A stretch of DNA of 24,000 bases from Silvania hatchlandensis (GTDB taxonomy: Bacteria; Pseudomonadota; Gammaproteobacteria; Enterobacterales; Enterobacteriaceae). The number at the start of each line of letters is the position of its first letter. Within the stretch, counting starts at the first letter, position 1. Under the pieces are notes generated by a model. It was not told where the DNA came from. It saw only the letters and a program-made list of their open reading frames with translations, and searched no databases. The position numbers and the translations under genes are program-made. The stretch covers positions 204,354 to 228,353 of the forward strand of contig NZ_JAMGZK010000050.1 in assembly GCF_025564065.1 (NCBI RefSeq), in the 5' to 3' direction. Positions 11,792 to 24,000 of this stretch are shown in pieces.

Positions 11792-11879
11792 CCTGGCAGG
11801 AAATCACCATTGTCCAAATGGCAACTCGCCACACCCCCGTTATCCCCCTATGCTGCTTGCCTGCATCTATGGGGGATTT

Positions 11880-13055
11880 ATGGCTCGTTTTCTGTTTTGT
11901 AGTTTTGCGCTGGTGCTGCTGTATCCATCAGGGATTGATATGTATCTGGTGGGGCTTCCGCACATCGCCCGGGATCTGGGCGCCAGCGAAGCACAGCTGC
12001 ATATTGCGTTTTCGGCCTACCTCGCCGGGATGGCATCATCGATGGTGTTTGCCGGGAAGATTGCCGATAAAGCGGGTCGGCAGCCTGTCGCCATCACCGG
12101 GGCGGTCATTTTTACCCTCGCCTCCGTGCTGTGCTCAATGGCACAGGACAGCCCCCTGTTCCTCACCGGGCGCTTTATTCAGGGTATTGGCGCAGGCGGC
12201 TGCTACGTGGTGGCCTTTGCGATTTTACGCGATACCTTAAGCGCCCAGCGCCGCGCCAAAGTGCTCTCTATGCTGAACGGCATCACCTGCATTATCCCAG
12301 TGCTGGCGCCGGTGGTGGGCTATCTGATTATGCTTAAGCTACCGTGGCAGAGCCTGTTCTGGACGATGGCGGCGATGGGTGCGCTGGTGTTTATCCTGTC
12401 GATTACGGTACTGAAAGAGACCCACCCGGGTTCGCAGAATGCGGGCCATAGCGCCACGCGGCCGCCGGACGAAAAACTCCTGAACCGCTTCTTTATCAGC
12501 CGGCTACTGGTGACCACGCTAAGCGTGGCGGTGATCCTGACCTATGTAAACGTTTCCCCGGTGCTGCTGATGGAGGTGATGGGCTTTGATCGCGGGGAAT
12601 ATTCCACGGTGATGGCCTTAACGGCGATGGTCAGTATGGCGGTGTCGTTCTCGACGCCGTTTGCCCTGAATATCTTTAGCCAGCGCACGCTGATGCTGAC
12701 TTCTCAGGTGCTGTTCCTGGCGGCAGGGGTGATTCTGGCGACCGCCAGTTCCCATGCCCTTATGCTGGCGGGGATTACCCTGATTTGCGCAGGTTTCTCC
12801 GTGGGCTTTGGCGTTGCGATGAGCCAGGCGCTGGGCCCCTTTGCCCTGCGCGCGGGGGTGGCAAGCTCGGTGTTGGGTATCGCCCAGGTATGCGGCTCTT
12901 CGCTGTGGATTTGGCTGGCGGCAATAATCGGGCTCAATGCCCTGAATATGCTGATCGGGGTGCTGATTGGCTGTAGCATGCTGTGCATTACCTTACTTTT
13001 GGTTATCCGGCCCGCAGCGCACTATGAAGAAACCCATCAGCAGTCTCGATCTTAA
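11880..13055 (+). CDS. mdtL: MFS multidrug efflux transporter MdtL (391 aa)
   Basis: The track ORF starts at 11784, but E. coli MdtL begins [27 protein letters not shown]. That matches [27 protein letters not shown] from the ATG at 11880 and gives exactly 391 aa. A GGGGGA sequence lies just upstream. Confidence 0.93.
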   Translation: MARFLFCSFALVLLYPSGIDMYLVGLPHIARDLGASEAQLHIAFSAYLAGMASSMVFAGKIADKAGRQPVAITGAVIFTLASVLCSMAQDSPLFLTGRFIQGIGAGGCYVVAFAILRDTLSAQRRAKVLSMLNGITCIIPVLAPVVGYLIMLKLPWQSLFWTMAAMGALVFILSITVLKETHPGSQNAGHSATRPPDEKLLNRFFISRLLVTTLSVAVILTYVNVSPVLLMEVMGFDRGEYSTVMALTAMVSMAVSFSTPFALNIFSQRTLMLTSQVLFLAAGVILATASSHALMLAGITLICAGFSVGFGVAMSQALGPFALRAGVASSVLGIAQVCGSSLWIWLAAIIGLNALNMLIGVLIGCSMLCITLLLVIRPAAHYEETHQQSRS

Positions 13056-13986
13056 TCTTTTGTTATGCCTGCAGCTTTTGCTGCAGGAGCGCAGCGTCAC
13101 CAAAGCCGCAAAACGGATGAACGTCACCCCCTCAGCGGTGAGTAAATCGCTGGCTAAGCTGCGCGACTGGTTTGACGATCCGCTGTTCGTCAAAACCCCG
13201 CTGGGGCTGCTCCCGACACCGCTGACGGTGAGTCTGGAGCAGGATCTTGCCGACTGGATGCAGATTGGTAACCAGATCCTTGACAAATTCCATCATGACT
13301 CCCCCGGCGGCCTGACGTTCGAGCTGGCGGCAGAGACCCCGCTGATGCTGATCCGCTTTAACACATTGCTGGAACAGATTAATCAGCGCTATCCGCAGGC
13401 CACGGTCAAAATGCGCCACTGGGATTACGATTCACTGGACGCCATTACGCGCGGAGAGGTCGATCTCGGCTTTACCGGGCGGGAAACGCATCCGCGCTCC
13501 CGCGAACTGCTCAAGCTGATGCCGTGGTTTATCGACTATGAAATTCTGTTCAGCGACCGTCCCTGCGTCTATCTGCGCGAGGATCACCCCGCGCTGCAGG
13601 ATGAGTGGAATCTGGAAACATTCCTGCGCTACCCGCATATCAGTATTTTCTGGGAGCGTAGCGACACCTGGGCGCTGGATGAAGTGTTAAGAGAGATGGG
13701 CCGCGAGCGCAATATCGCCATGAGTTTGCCGGGTTTCGAGCAGTCGATGTTTATGGCCGCGCAGCCGGGCCATAACTACATTGCCACCGCACCACAGTAC
13801 TGCCATCACTATAATCAGCTCCACCAGCGCAAGCTGATTGCCCTACCGATCCCCTTCGATGACGCGCAGGCCGAGAAGCTCACCGTGCCCTTCACCCTGA
13901 TCTGGCATAAGCGTAACAGCCTCAATCCGAAAATCCTCTGGCTACGGGAAACCATTAAGGCGCTGTATGGTTCACCACTGCGTTAG
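13024..13986 (+). CDS. yidZ: LysR-family transcriptional regulator YidZ (320 aa)
   Basis: The track ORF starts at 12967. E. coli YidZ begins [31 protein letters not shown], which matches [31 protein letters not shown] from the ATG at 13024. It has an N-terminal HTH and overlaps the mdtL 3' end by 32 nt. Confidence 0.92.
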   Translation: MKKPISSLDLNLLLCLQLLLQERSVTKAAKRMNVTPSAVSKSLAKLRDWFDDPLFVKTPLGLLPTPLTVSLEQDLADWMQIGNQILDKFHHDSPGGLTFELAAETPLMLIRFNTLLEQINQRYPQATVKMRHWDYDSLDAITRGEVDLGFTGRETHPRSRELLKLMPWFIDYEILFSDRPCVYLREDHPALQDEWNLETFLRYPHISIFWERSDTWALDEVLREMGRERNIAMSLPGFEQSMFMAAQPGHNYIATAPQYCHHYNQLHQRKLIALPIPFDDAQAEKLTVPFTLIWHKRNSLNPKILWLRETIKALYGSPLR

Positions 13987-14129
13987 CAAGCGTATTTTTG
14001 ACTAATAAAATGTAAAGTTCTGCCTCAGAACGTCTCTTCGCCTCATTTAGCCATTAAAACAGACGGAAAGTTAAGCGATAATGATGTAAGCGTTTAACAT
14101 CACCACTGACCATTATCATGGAGCGAAAA

Positions 14130-14876
14130 ATGGCTACGCATTTTGCAAGAGGGACTCTGACTGAGGGGCAGCTGGTTTCATCCCGACTCTCGTCATGCTG
14201 TCATAACGACGCGCGAAAACTCCCCGAACATCGTCGTACGCGGTTCCTCGCCTCCCGGGCGTTGCTCGCCGAACTGCTGTTTATGTTGTATGGTACCGGC
14301 GAGCTGCCGGAAGTGATCACCCAGCCGGAAGGGCGTCCTGTTTTTGCTGATCCGGATCTGCCGCGTTTTTCTATTGCCTACGCCGGAAATATCGTGGGTC
14401 TGGTACTGACGACCGAGGGCGACTGCGGACTGGACATGGAACTCCAGCGCGCAATACGCAACCTGCACGGCTCCCATGCCCACGATGATTACCCCCTCTC
14501 CAGCAATGAGAACTTATGGGTACGTAACCAGAACGATCCCAACGAAGCCAAAGCCCAGCTGATCACCCTGCGTCAGAGCATCCGTAAGCTGTCAGGCGAC
14601 GCCAGTGATTGCGCCAGCCTGCTGCAGCTGTTACCCGGCTCGGGTCGCCTGCGCGCCGCCAAAGCCCCCGAAATTGAAGCCCTGAGCGATGCCGAAGACG
14701 TGCTAATCTGGTCGATTGCCGTCACCCCGGCCATTGAGCGACTCAAAATCTGGCAGTTTGATAGCCGCCTCGGCTGGCACAGTCTGCCGGATGTGCCCGC
14801 CCGCGCGAACGAACCCGAAGCACGCCTGATGCGCTTAACCAGTTTACCGATTGAAAAAGCCATTATCCTCAACTGA
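14130..14876 (+). CDS. yieE: Putative 4'-phosphopantetheinyl transferase family protein YieE (248 aa; alternative ATG at 14118)
   Basis: The track ORF begins MERKMATHFARGTLTEGQL, and E. coli YieE begins MATHFARG. A GGAG at 14120-14123 lies 6 nt upstream of the ATG at 14130, which favours that start. Confidence 0.88.
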   Translation: MATHFARGTLTEGQLVSSRLSSCCHNDARKLPEHRRTRFLASRALLAELLFMLYGTGELPEVITQPEGRPVFADPDLPRFSIAYAGNIVGLVLTTEGDCGLDMELQRAIRNLHGSHAHDDYPLSSNENLWVRNQNDPNEAKAQLITLRQSIRKLSGDASDCASLLQLLPGSGRLRAAKAPEIEALSDAEDVLIWSIAVTPAIERLKIWQFDSRLGWHSLPDVPARANEPEARLMRLTSLPIEKAIILN

Positions 14877-14911
14877 CCCTTCAGGGCCATTATGATGAAG
14901 AAGGAGTAATC

Positions 14912-15478
14912 ATGTCTGATACGCTGAACGTTGTTACGTTACTGGGAAGTCTGCGCAAAGATTCATTTAACGGGATGGTTGCCCGCACGCTGCCGAAGCT
15001 GGCACCCGCGGGAATGGCGATCGCTGCCCTGCCGTCGATCGGTGATATTCCGCTGTATGACGCCGATGTGCAGCAGGAAGAGGGGTTCCCGGCGTCTGTC
15101 GTCGCGCTGGCAGACCAGATTCGCCAGGCGGATGGCGTGGTGATTGTCACCCCGGAATATAACTACTCGGTACCGGGTGGCTTAAAGAACGCGATCGACT
15201 GGCTTTCTCGCCTGCCGGACCAGCCGCTGGCGGGTAAACCGGTACTGATCCAGACCAGTTCAATGGGGGCGATTGGTGGCGCGCGCTGCCAGTATCACCT
15301 GCGCCAGATCCTGGTGTTCCTGGATGCGATGGTAATGAACAAGCCGGAATTTATGGGCGGAGTGATTCAGAACAAGGTCGACCCGCAGACAGGTGAAGTG
15401 GTGGATCAGAGTACGCTGGACCATCTGACCGGTCAGCTGACCGCATTTGGGAAGTATATTCAGCGGGTGAAAGCGTAA
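14912..15478 (+). CDS. chrR: NAD(P)H-dependent FMN quinone/chromate reductase ChrR (YieF), 188 aa
   Basis: The track ORF contains VVTLLGSLRKDSFNGMVARTLPK, VIVTPEYNYSVPGGLKNAIDWLSR and ends AFGKYIQRVKA. It is near-identical in length and sequence to E. coli YieF/ChrR. A strong SD, AAGGAG, lies at 14901-14906. Confidence 0.95.
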   Translation: MSDTLNVVTLLGSLRKDSFNGMVARTLPKLAPAGMAIAALPSIGDIPLYDADVQQEEGFPASVVALADQIRQADGVVIVTPEYNYSVPGGLKNAIDWLSRLPDQPLAGKPVLIQTSSMGAIGGARCQYHLRQILVFLDAMVMNKPEFMGGVIQNKVDPQTGEVVDQSTLDHLTGQLTAFGKYIQRVKA

Positions 15479-15480
15479 CT

Positions 15481-15511
15481 AAAAAACCCCTCTCGATAAG
15501 AGAGGGGTTTT
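15481..15511. terminator. Bidirectional rho-independent terminator shared by convergent chrR and adeP
   Basis: A6 (15481-15486), stem CCCCTCTC (15487-15494), loop GATAA, stem GAGAGGGG (15500-15507), T4 (15508-15511). The hairpin is followed by a U-run on both strands. Confidence 0.85.
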
Positions 15512-15514
15512 GCA

Positions 15515-16855
15515 TTAGTGCGCGTCGATAAAGGCAATCTTCAGAATGAACAGCAGTGCCACCACAATCACGCATGGGCTCAGTTCACGCCAGCGCCCGG
15601 TGCCCAGCTTCATCACACAGTAAGAGATAAAGCCCAGCGCAATCCCTTCGGTGATTGAGAAGCTGAACGGCATCATCACCGCGGTAATAAACGCCGGAAC
15701 CGCTTCGGTCAGATCATCCCACTTCACGCGTGACAGGCTGGATGTCATCAGCACACCCACGTAGATCAGCGCGCCTGCAGCCGCATATGGCGGTACCATT
15801 CCGGCCAGCGGAGAGAGGAAGATCACCAGCAGGAACAGCAGGCCTACAACCACCGCGGTCAGACCGGTACGGCCTCCGACAGATACCCCGGAAGAGGATT
15901 CGATATACGCAGTCACAGAAGAGGTACCGATAAAGGACCCGGTCACGGAAGAGATACTGTCCACAAACAGCGCCTGCTTCATGCGTGGGAATTTCCCTTT
16001 CTCATCTGCCAGACCGGCTTTGTCGGTGACGCCGATCAGCGTACCGGAGGAGTCAAACAGGTTAACCAGCATGAACGAGAAGATTACGCCCGCCAGACCC
16101 AGATTCAGCGAGCCCGCCAGATCGACGTGGCCAATCACGGTGGTGACGCTCGGGGGCGCAGAGACGATCCCACCGTACTTCACATCGCCCAGCATCCAAC
16201 CCAGCAGGGTGGTGACCACGATGGAAACCAGCACCGCGGCGTGAATGTTACGCGAGGCGAGAATCGCAATGATAAAGAAGCCCAGCACGCCCAGCAGCAC
16301 GCTGTGCGAGGTCAGGTTACCAATGCTGACCAGCGTTTCCGGATTCGCCACGATCACGCCGGCGTTTTTCAGCCCCATCATGCCGATGAACAGGCCGATA
16401 CCGCTGGTGATACCTACGCGCAGGCTGACCGGGATATTGGCAATCATCCAGTAGCGGACGCGGAAAATGGTCAGGATCAGCAGACCCACCGCACCCCAGA
16501 AGATTGCGCCCATCCCCACCTGCCACGGCAGGCCCATTGCCTGAACCACTACAAAGGCGAAGAAGGCATTCAGGCCCATCGCTGGCGCCAGCGCCACCGG
16601 TAGGTTAGCGAACAGACCCATCAGGATGCTGCCGAAAGCGGCGATCAAACACGTCGTTACGAAGACGGCGCTGGTATCCATGCCAGCAACGCCCAGAATT
16701 TGCGGGTTCACGAAAACGATATAGACCATCGTCAGGAAGGTGGTGAAACCGGCGATCACTTCGGTGCGTGCCGTGGTGCCGTGTTCGCGCAGTTTAAACA
16801 CGCGCTCAAGCAAACCCGTTCCAGAAGACTGGGTAGTGTGTTGTTGACTCATCAT
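15515..16855 (-). CDS. adeP: Adenine permease AdeP (YieG/PurP), NCS2/AzgA-type, 446 aa (445 aa if the second ATG at 16852 is used)
   Basis: Track ORF begins MMSQQHTTQSSGTGLLERVFKLREHGTTARTEVIAGFTTFLTMVYIVFVNPQILG and ends FILKIAFIDAH, near-identical to E. coli AdeP. Confidence 0.95.
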   Translation of the reverse strand: MMSQQHTTQSSGTGLLERVFKLREHGTTARTEVIAGFTTFLTMVYIVFVNPQILGVAGMDTSAVFVTTCLIAAFGSILMGLFANLPVALAPAMGLNAFFAFVVVQAMGLPWQVGMGAIFWGAVGLLILTIFRVRYWMIANIPVSLRVGITSGIGLFIGMMGLKNAGVIVANPETLVSIGNLTSHSVLLGVLGFFIIAILASRNIHAAVLVSIVVTTLLGWMLGDVKYGGIVSAPPSVTTVIGHVDLAGSLNLGLAGVIFSFMLVNLFDSSGTLIGVTDKAGLADEKGKFPRMKQALFVDSISSVTGSFIGTSSVTAYIESSSGVSVGGRTGLTAVVVGLLFLLVIFLSPLAGMVPPYAAAGALIYVGVLMTSSLSRVKWDDLTEAVPAFITAVMMPFSFSITEGIALGFISYCVMKLGTGRWRELSPCVIVVALLFILKIAFIDAH

Positions 16856-17020
16856 CTATTTCCGAACAAGGAGGGAAAATTCGTCGCTATCCTATACCAA
16901 AATGCGACAATAGGGGCGGTTGGCGCGCATTTTTTTTCATTGAATTTGCTTATACGGCAACGATTGCGTCCCACCATTCGGCATTACGTAAACGTTAAAC
17001 TTGTTAAGAAAGGGAAAGGC

Positions 17021-17686
17021 ATGTCTCAGATTGAAGCAGTGTTTTTCGACTGCGACGGTACGCTGGTCGACAGTGAGGTCATCTGTTCCCGGGCGTATGT
17101 CACCATGTTCCAGGAATTTGGTATTACGCTCGATCTCGAAGAGACGTTCAAACGCTTCAAAGGCGTAAAGCTCTACGAAATCATCGATATCATTAACGCC
17201 GAACGCGGCGTCAGTCTCGCGAAAGCGGATCTGGAGCCTGTTTACCGCGCCGAGGTCGCACGCCTCTTCGACTCAGAACTGGAGGTGATCGCCGGTGCCA
17301 GCGAGCTGCTGGACGCGATGGCCGTGCCGATGTGCGTGGTCTCGAATGGCCCAGTCAGCAAAATGAACCACTCCCTGGGCAAGCTGCAGATGCTGCACCA
17401 TTTCCCGGAAAAACTGTTCAGCGGCTACGATATTCAGCGCTGGAAGCCCGATCCAGCACTGATGTTCCACGCGGCAAAAGCGATGAACGTCAATGCGGAA
17501 AACTGCATCCTCGTGGATGACTCCAGCGCGGGGGCGCAGTCGGGTATTGATGCGGGGATGGAGGTGTTTTACTTCTGCGCCGATCCGCATAATAAGCCGA
17601 TCAATCATCCGAAGGTGACCACCTTTACCGATCTGGCTCAGCTACCGGCACTGTGGAAAGCACGCGGCTGGAATATCACCCGCTAA
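17021..17686 (+). CDS. yieH: HAD-superfamily phosphatase YieH (221 aa)
   Basis: The track ORF (16700-17686) is over-extended by 107 codons, running antisense across the adeP start. E. coli YieH begins MSRIEAVFFDCDGTLVDSE, which matches MSQIEAVFFDCDGTLVDSE from the ATG at 17021. The HAD motif I DxDGT is present, and the SD-like sequence AGGGAAAGG lies just upstream. Confidence 0.93.
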   Translation: MSQIEAVFFDCDGTLVDSEVICSRAYVTMFQEFGITLDLEETFKRFKGVKLYEIIDIINAERGVSLAKADLEPVYRAEVARLFDSELEVIAGASELLDAMAVPMCVVSNGPVSKMNHSLGKLQMLHHFPEKLFSGYDIQRWKPDPALMFHAAKAMNVNAENCILVDDSSAGAQSGIDAGMEVFYFCADPHNKPINHPKVTTFTDLAQLPALWKARGWNITR

Positions 17687-17694
17687 GCCTGACC

Positions 17695-17721
17695 AGCCGT
17701 AAAGCAACACGCTTTACGGCT
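17695..17721. terminator. Perfect 11-bp hairpin between convergent yieH and yieK; possible terminator or RNA-stabilising stem without a U-tract
   Basis: AGCCGTAAAGC (17695-17705), loop AACAC, GCTTTACGGCT (17711-17721). There is no T-run on either strand. Confidence 0.35.
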
Positions 17722-17733
17722 GTACGAGGGGTG

Positions 17734-22609
<4,876 letters not shown>

Positions 22610-22624
22610 TTAACAGTTATAGGC

Positions 22625-22680
22625 AAAAAAAAACCTGAAAAAGACGTCTCTTCTTGAGAAGGCCGTCTCTTTCAGGTTTT
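22625..22680 (-). terminator. Strong intrinsic terminator (attenuator) in the leader of the EIIBC gene
   Basis: The minus-strand RNA has AAACCUGAAAGAGACG (from 22679-22664) pairing with CGUCUUUUUCAGGUUU (from 22646-22631). This is a 16-bp stem with one G-U pair and a ~17-nt loop. It runs into a U9 stretch, of which the first three U are paired. The terminator ends about 18 nt before the ATG at 22606. Confidence 0.85.
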
Positions 22681-22705
22681 GCCCGCATGATTACGGTAGC
22701 AATCC
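22670..22705 (-). promoter_or_regulatory. RAT (ribonucleic antiterminator) element, target of BglG/SacY/LicT-family antiterminators
   Basis: The minus strand from 22705 to 22670 reads GGATTGCTACCGTAATCATGCGGGCAAAACCTGAAA. It closely resembles the RAT consensus as I remember it (GGATTGTTACTGC...GCAGGCAAAACCTGA; E. coli bgl t1 GGATTGTTACCGCACTAAGCGGGCAAAACCTGAAA). Its 3' part forms the 5' arm of the terminator, which is the arrangement needed for mutually exclusive RAT and terminator folding. Confidence 0.75.
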
Positions 22706-22812
22706 ACTATTTAACGCTGTTACGCCATCGAATAAATTGAATAAAATGACTTTTTGGCGTTGGAATGTTTTATTTCAGACTGAGATTAAAAACAATGCAG
22801 GGCTGAGTGAAA

Positions 22813-22828
22813 TGTGACTGATATCTTA
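22813..22828. promoter_or_regulatory. Candidate CRP site upstream of the bgl-like operon
   Basis: TGTGA CTGATA TCTTA has a perfect left half-site and a 3/5 right half-site. It lies in the AT-rich phoU-EIIBC intergenic region. The E. coli bgl promoter is CRP-dependent. I could not place convincing -35 and -10 hexamers. Confidence 0.3.
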
Positions 22829-22871
22829 ATTAATTGTCAACATGCGCGGGATATATTGATAGGATAAATAT

Positions 22872-22892
22872 AACGCCAGCATAACTGGCGTT
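22872..22892 (-). terminator. Probable terminator hairpin after phoU (end of the pst operon)
   Basis: AACGCCAG (22872-22879), loop CATAA, CTGGCGTT (22885-22892), 10 nt beyond the phoU stop. On the minus strand it is followed by the A/U-rich sequence AUAUUUAU. Confidence 0.55.
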
Positions 22893-22902
22893 ATGAATGA
22901 TA

Positions 22903-23628
22903 TTACTCTTTCGGATCTTTACCCGCGAGCATTTTGTCCAGCTCATCACCGCCAACGTGACGGAAATCCTGTCCTTTCACGAAGTAGAAGATGTATTCGC
23001 AAATGTTCTGGCAGCGGTCACCGATACGTTCGATTGAGCGGGCGCAGAACAGGGCGGTCAGTACGCTTGGAATGGTACGAGTGTCTTCCATCATGTAGGT
23101 CATCAGTTGACGCACAATGCCTTCATACTCCTGGTCGACTTTCTTGTCCTCACGGTAGATACGCACCGCTTCGTCCAGATCCATCCGCGCAAAGGCATCC
23201 AGCACATCGTGCAGCATCTGCACGGTGTGGCGACCTAGCGATTCCAGGCTCACCAGCAGCGGCTGGTGTTGCTGAGAAAATTTCTCCAGCGCGGTGCGGC
23301 AAATTTTGTCCGCCACGTCGCCAATACGTTCCAGCTCGGCGATGGTTTTGATGATCGCCATCACCAGGCGCAGGTCGCTCGCCGTTGGCTGGCGTTTGGC
23401 GATGATCCGCACGCAGGCTTCGTCAATGGCGACTTCCATCATGTTGACGTTTTTATCGCCCTCTACCACGCGCTTTGCCAGCTCGCTGTCCTGGTTATGC
23501 ATCGCGGTGATCGCATCAGAAAGCTGCTGCTCTACCATTCCGCCCATGGTCATCACCTGGGTGCGGATGCTTTCCAGCTCTGCGTTGAACTGGCCGGAAA
23601 TGTGTTTATTAAGATTGAGGTTGTCCAT
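22903..23628 (-). CDS. phoU: Phosphate signalling regulator PhoU (241 aa)
   Basis: The track ORF starts at 23724 and would overlap pstB. E. coli PhoU begins [25 protein letters not shown], which matches [25 protein letters not shown] from the ATG at 23628 and gives exactly 241 aa. A GGAG SD lies upstream. Confidence 0.96.
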   Translation of the reverse strand: MDNLNLNKHISGQFNAELESIRTQVMTMGGMVEQQLSDAITAMHNQDSELAKRVVEGDKNVNMMEVAIDEACVRIIAKRQPTASDLRLVMAIIKTIAELERIGDVADKICRTALEKFSQQHQPLLVSLESLGRHTVQMLHDVLDAFARMDLDEAVRIYREDKKVDQEYEGIVRQLMTYMMEDTRTIPSVLTALFCARSIERIGDRCQNICEYIFYFVKGQDFRHVGGDELDKMLAGKDPKE

Positions 23629-23641
23629 GGTTAACTCCAAA

Positions 23642-24000
<359 letters not shown>

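Noticed and set aside
14087-14117. A Fur-box-like sequence upstream of yieE: GATAATGATG at 14087-14096 and CATTATC at 14111-14117, which together resemble the two ends of GATAATGATAATCATTATC. This was tempting because yieE is a phosphopantetheinyl-transferase homologue like the Fur-regulated entD.
   Set aside because: The two halves are 14 bp apart instead of contiguous. Only the first hexamer, GATAAT, is perfect, and the following hexamers (GATGTA, AGCGTT) are poor. AT-rich promoter DNA gives such partial matches frequently. It is not supportable without a PWM score or experimental data.
16986-17000. A PurR-box-like sequence ACGTAAACGTTAAAC in the adeP/yieH divergent region. It would be attractive for an adenine permease.
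   Set aside because: Only the left half (ACGTAAAC against ACGCAAAC) and the central AACGTT fit. The right half (GTTAAAC against GTTTGCGT) does not, and the sequence is not a true palindrome. It also sits about 20 nt from the yieH ATG, far from the adeP start. I know of no established PurR control of these genes.
22835-22840. A perfect -35 hexamer TTGACA on the minus strand upstream of the bgl-like operon.
   Set aside because: No acceptable -10 hexamer lies at a 16-18 nt spacing; the candidates are GTCACA, TCACAT and CACATT. I therefore did not call a promoter there.

Overview
This window is a conserved enterobacterial core-chromosome segment around dnaA. Its gene order closely follows what I remember for E. 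coli K-12. The proteins are clearly not identical to E. coli, and the flanks look GC-richer, so it is probably a Citrobacter- or Klebsiella-like indole-positive relative. I cannot assign a species from the sequence alone.

I support 24 protein-coding genes:
- minus strand: gyrB (5' part), recF, dnaN, dnaA
- plus strand: rpmH, rnpA, yidD, yidC, mnmE
- plus strand: the tryptophanase operon tnaC-tnaA-tnaB
- plus strand: mdtL, yidZ, yieE, chrR (yieF)
- minus strand: adeP (yieG)
- plus strand: yieH
- minus strand: yieK, yieL, bglH and a BglF-like PTS EIIBC gene
- minus strand: phoU and pstB (3' part)

Four genes are absent from the ORF track and were read by hand. rpmH (46 aa) and the tnaC leader peptide (25 aa) are too short for it. 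gyrB and most of pstB run off the window edges.

For eight genes the longest ORF in the track overshoots the homology-supported start: dnaA, mnmE, mdtL, yidZ, yieE, yieH, yieL and phoU.

I found no tRNA or rRNA gene, CRISPR array, IS element, integrase, prophage or defence-island signature. Most of the window is ordinary. I do not see convincing evidence for a wholly new system.

The best candidate for undescribed biology is the remodelled bgl-like locus at 17734-22900. A BglG/SacY-type RAT antiterminator target overlaps a very strong leader terminator there, but no antiterminator gene lies in cis. It is followed by an EIIBC lacking the EIIA domain, a porin, a secreted carbohydrate-esterase-like protein and a NagB/Pgl-like protein. 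No phospho-beta-glucosidase gene is present.

Secondary points:
- a variant TnaC arrest peptide
- a perfectly symmetric CRP site at the tna promoter
- the lower-GC tna cassette
- the GATC-dense dnaA promoter with a consensus DnaA box
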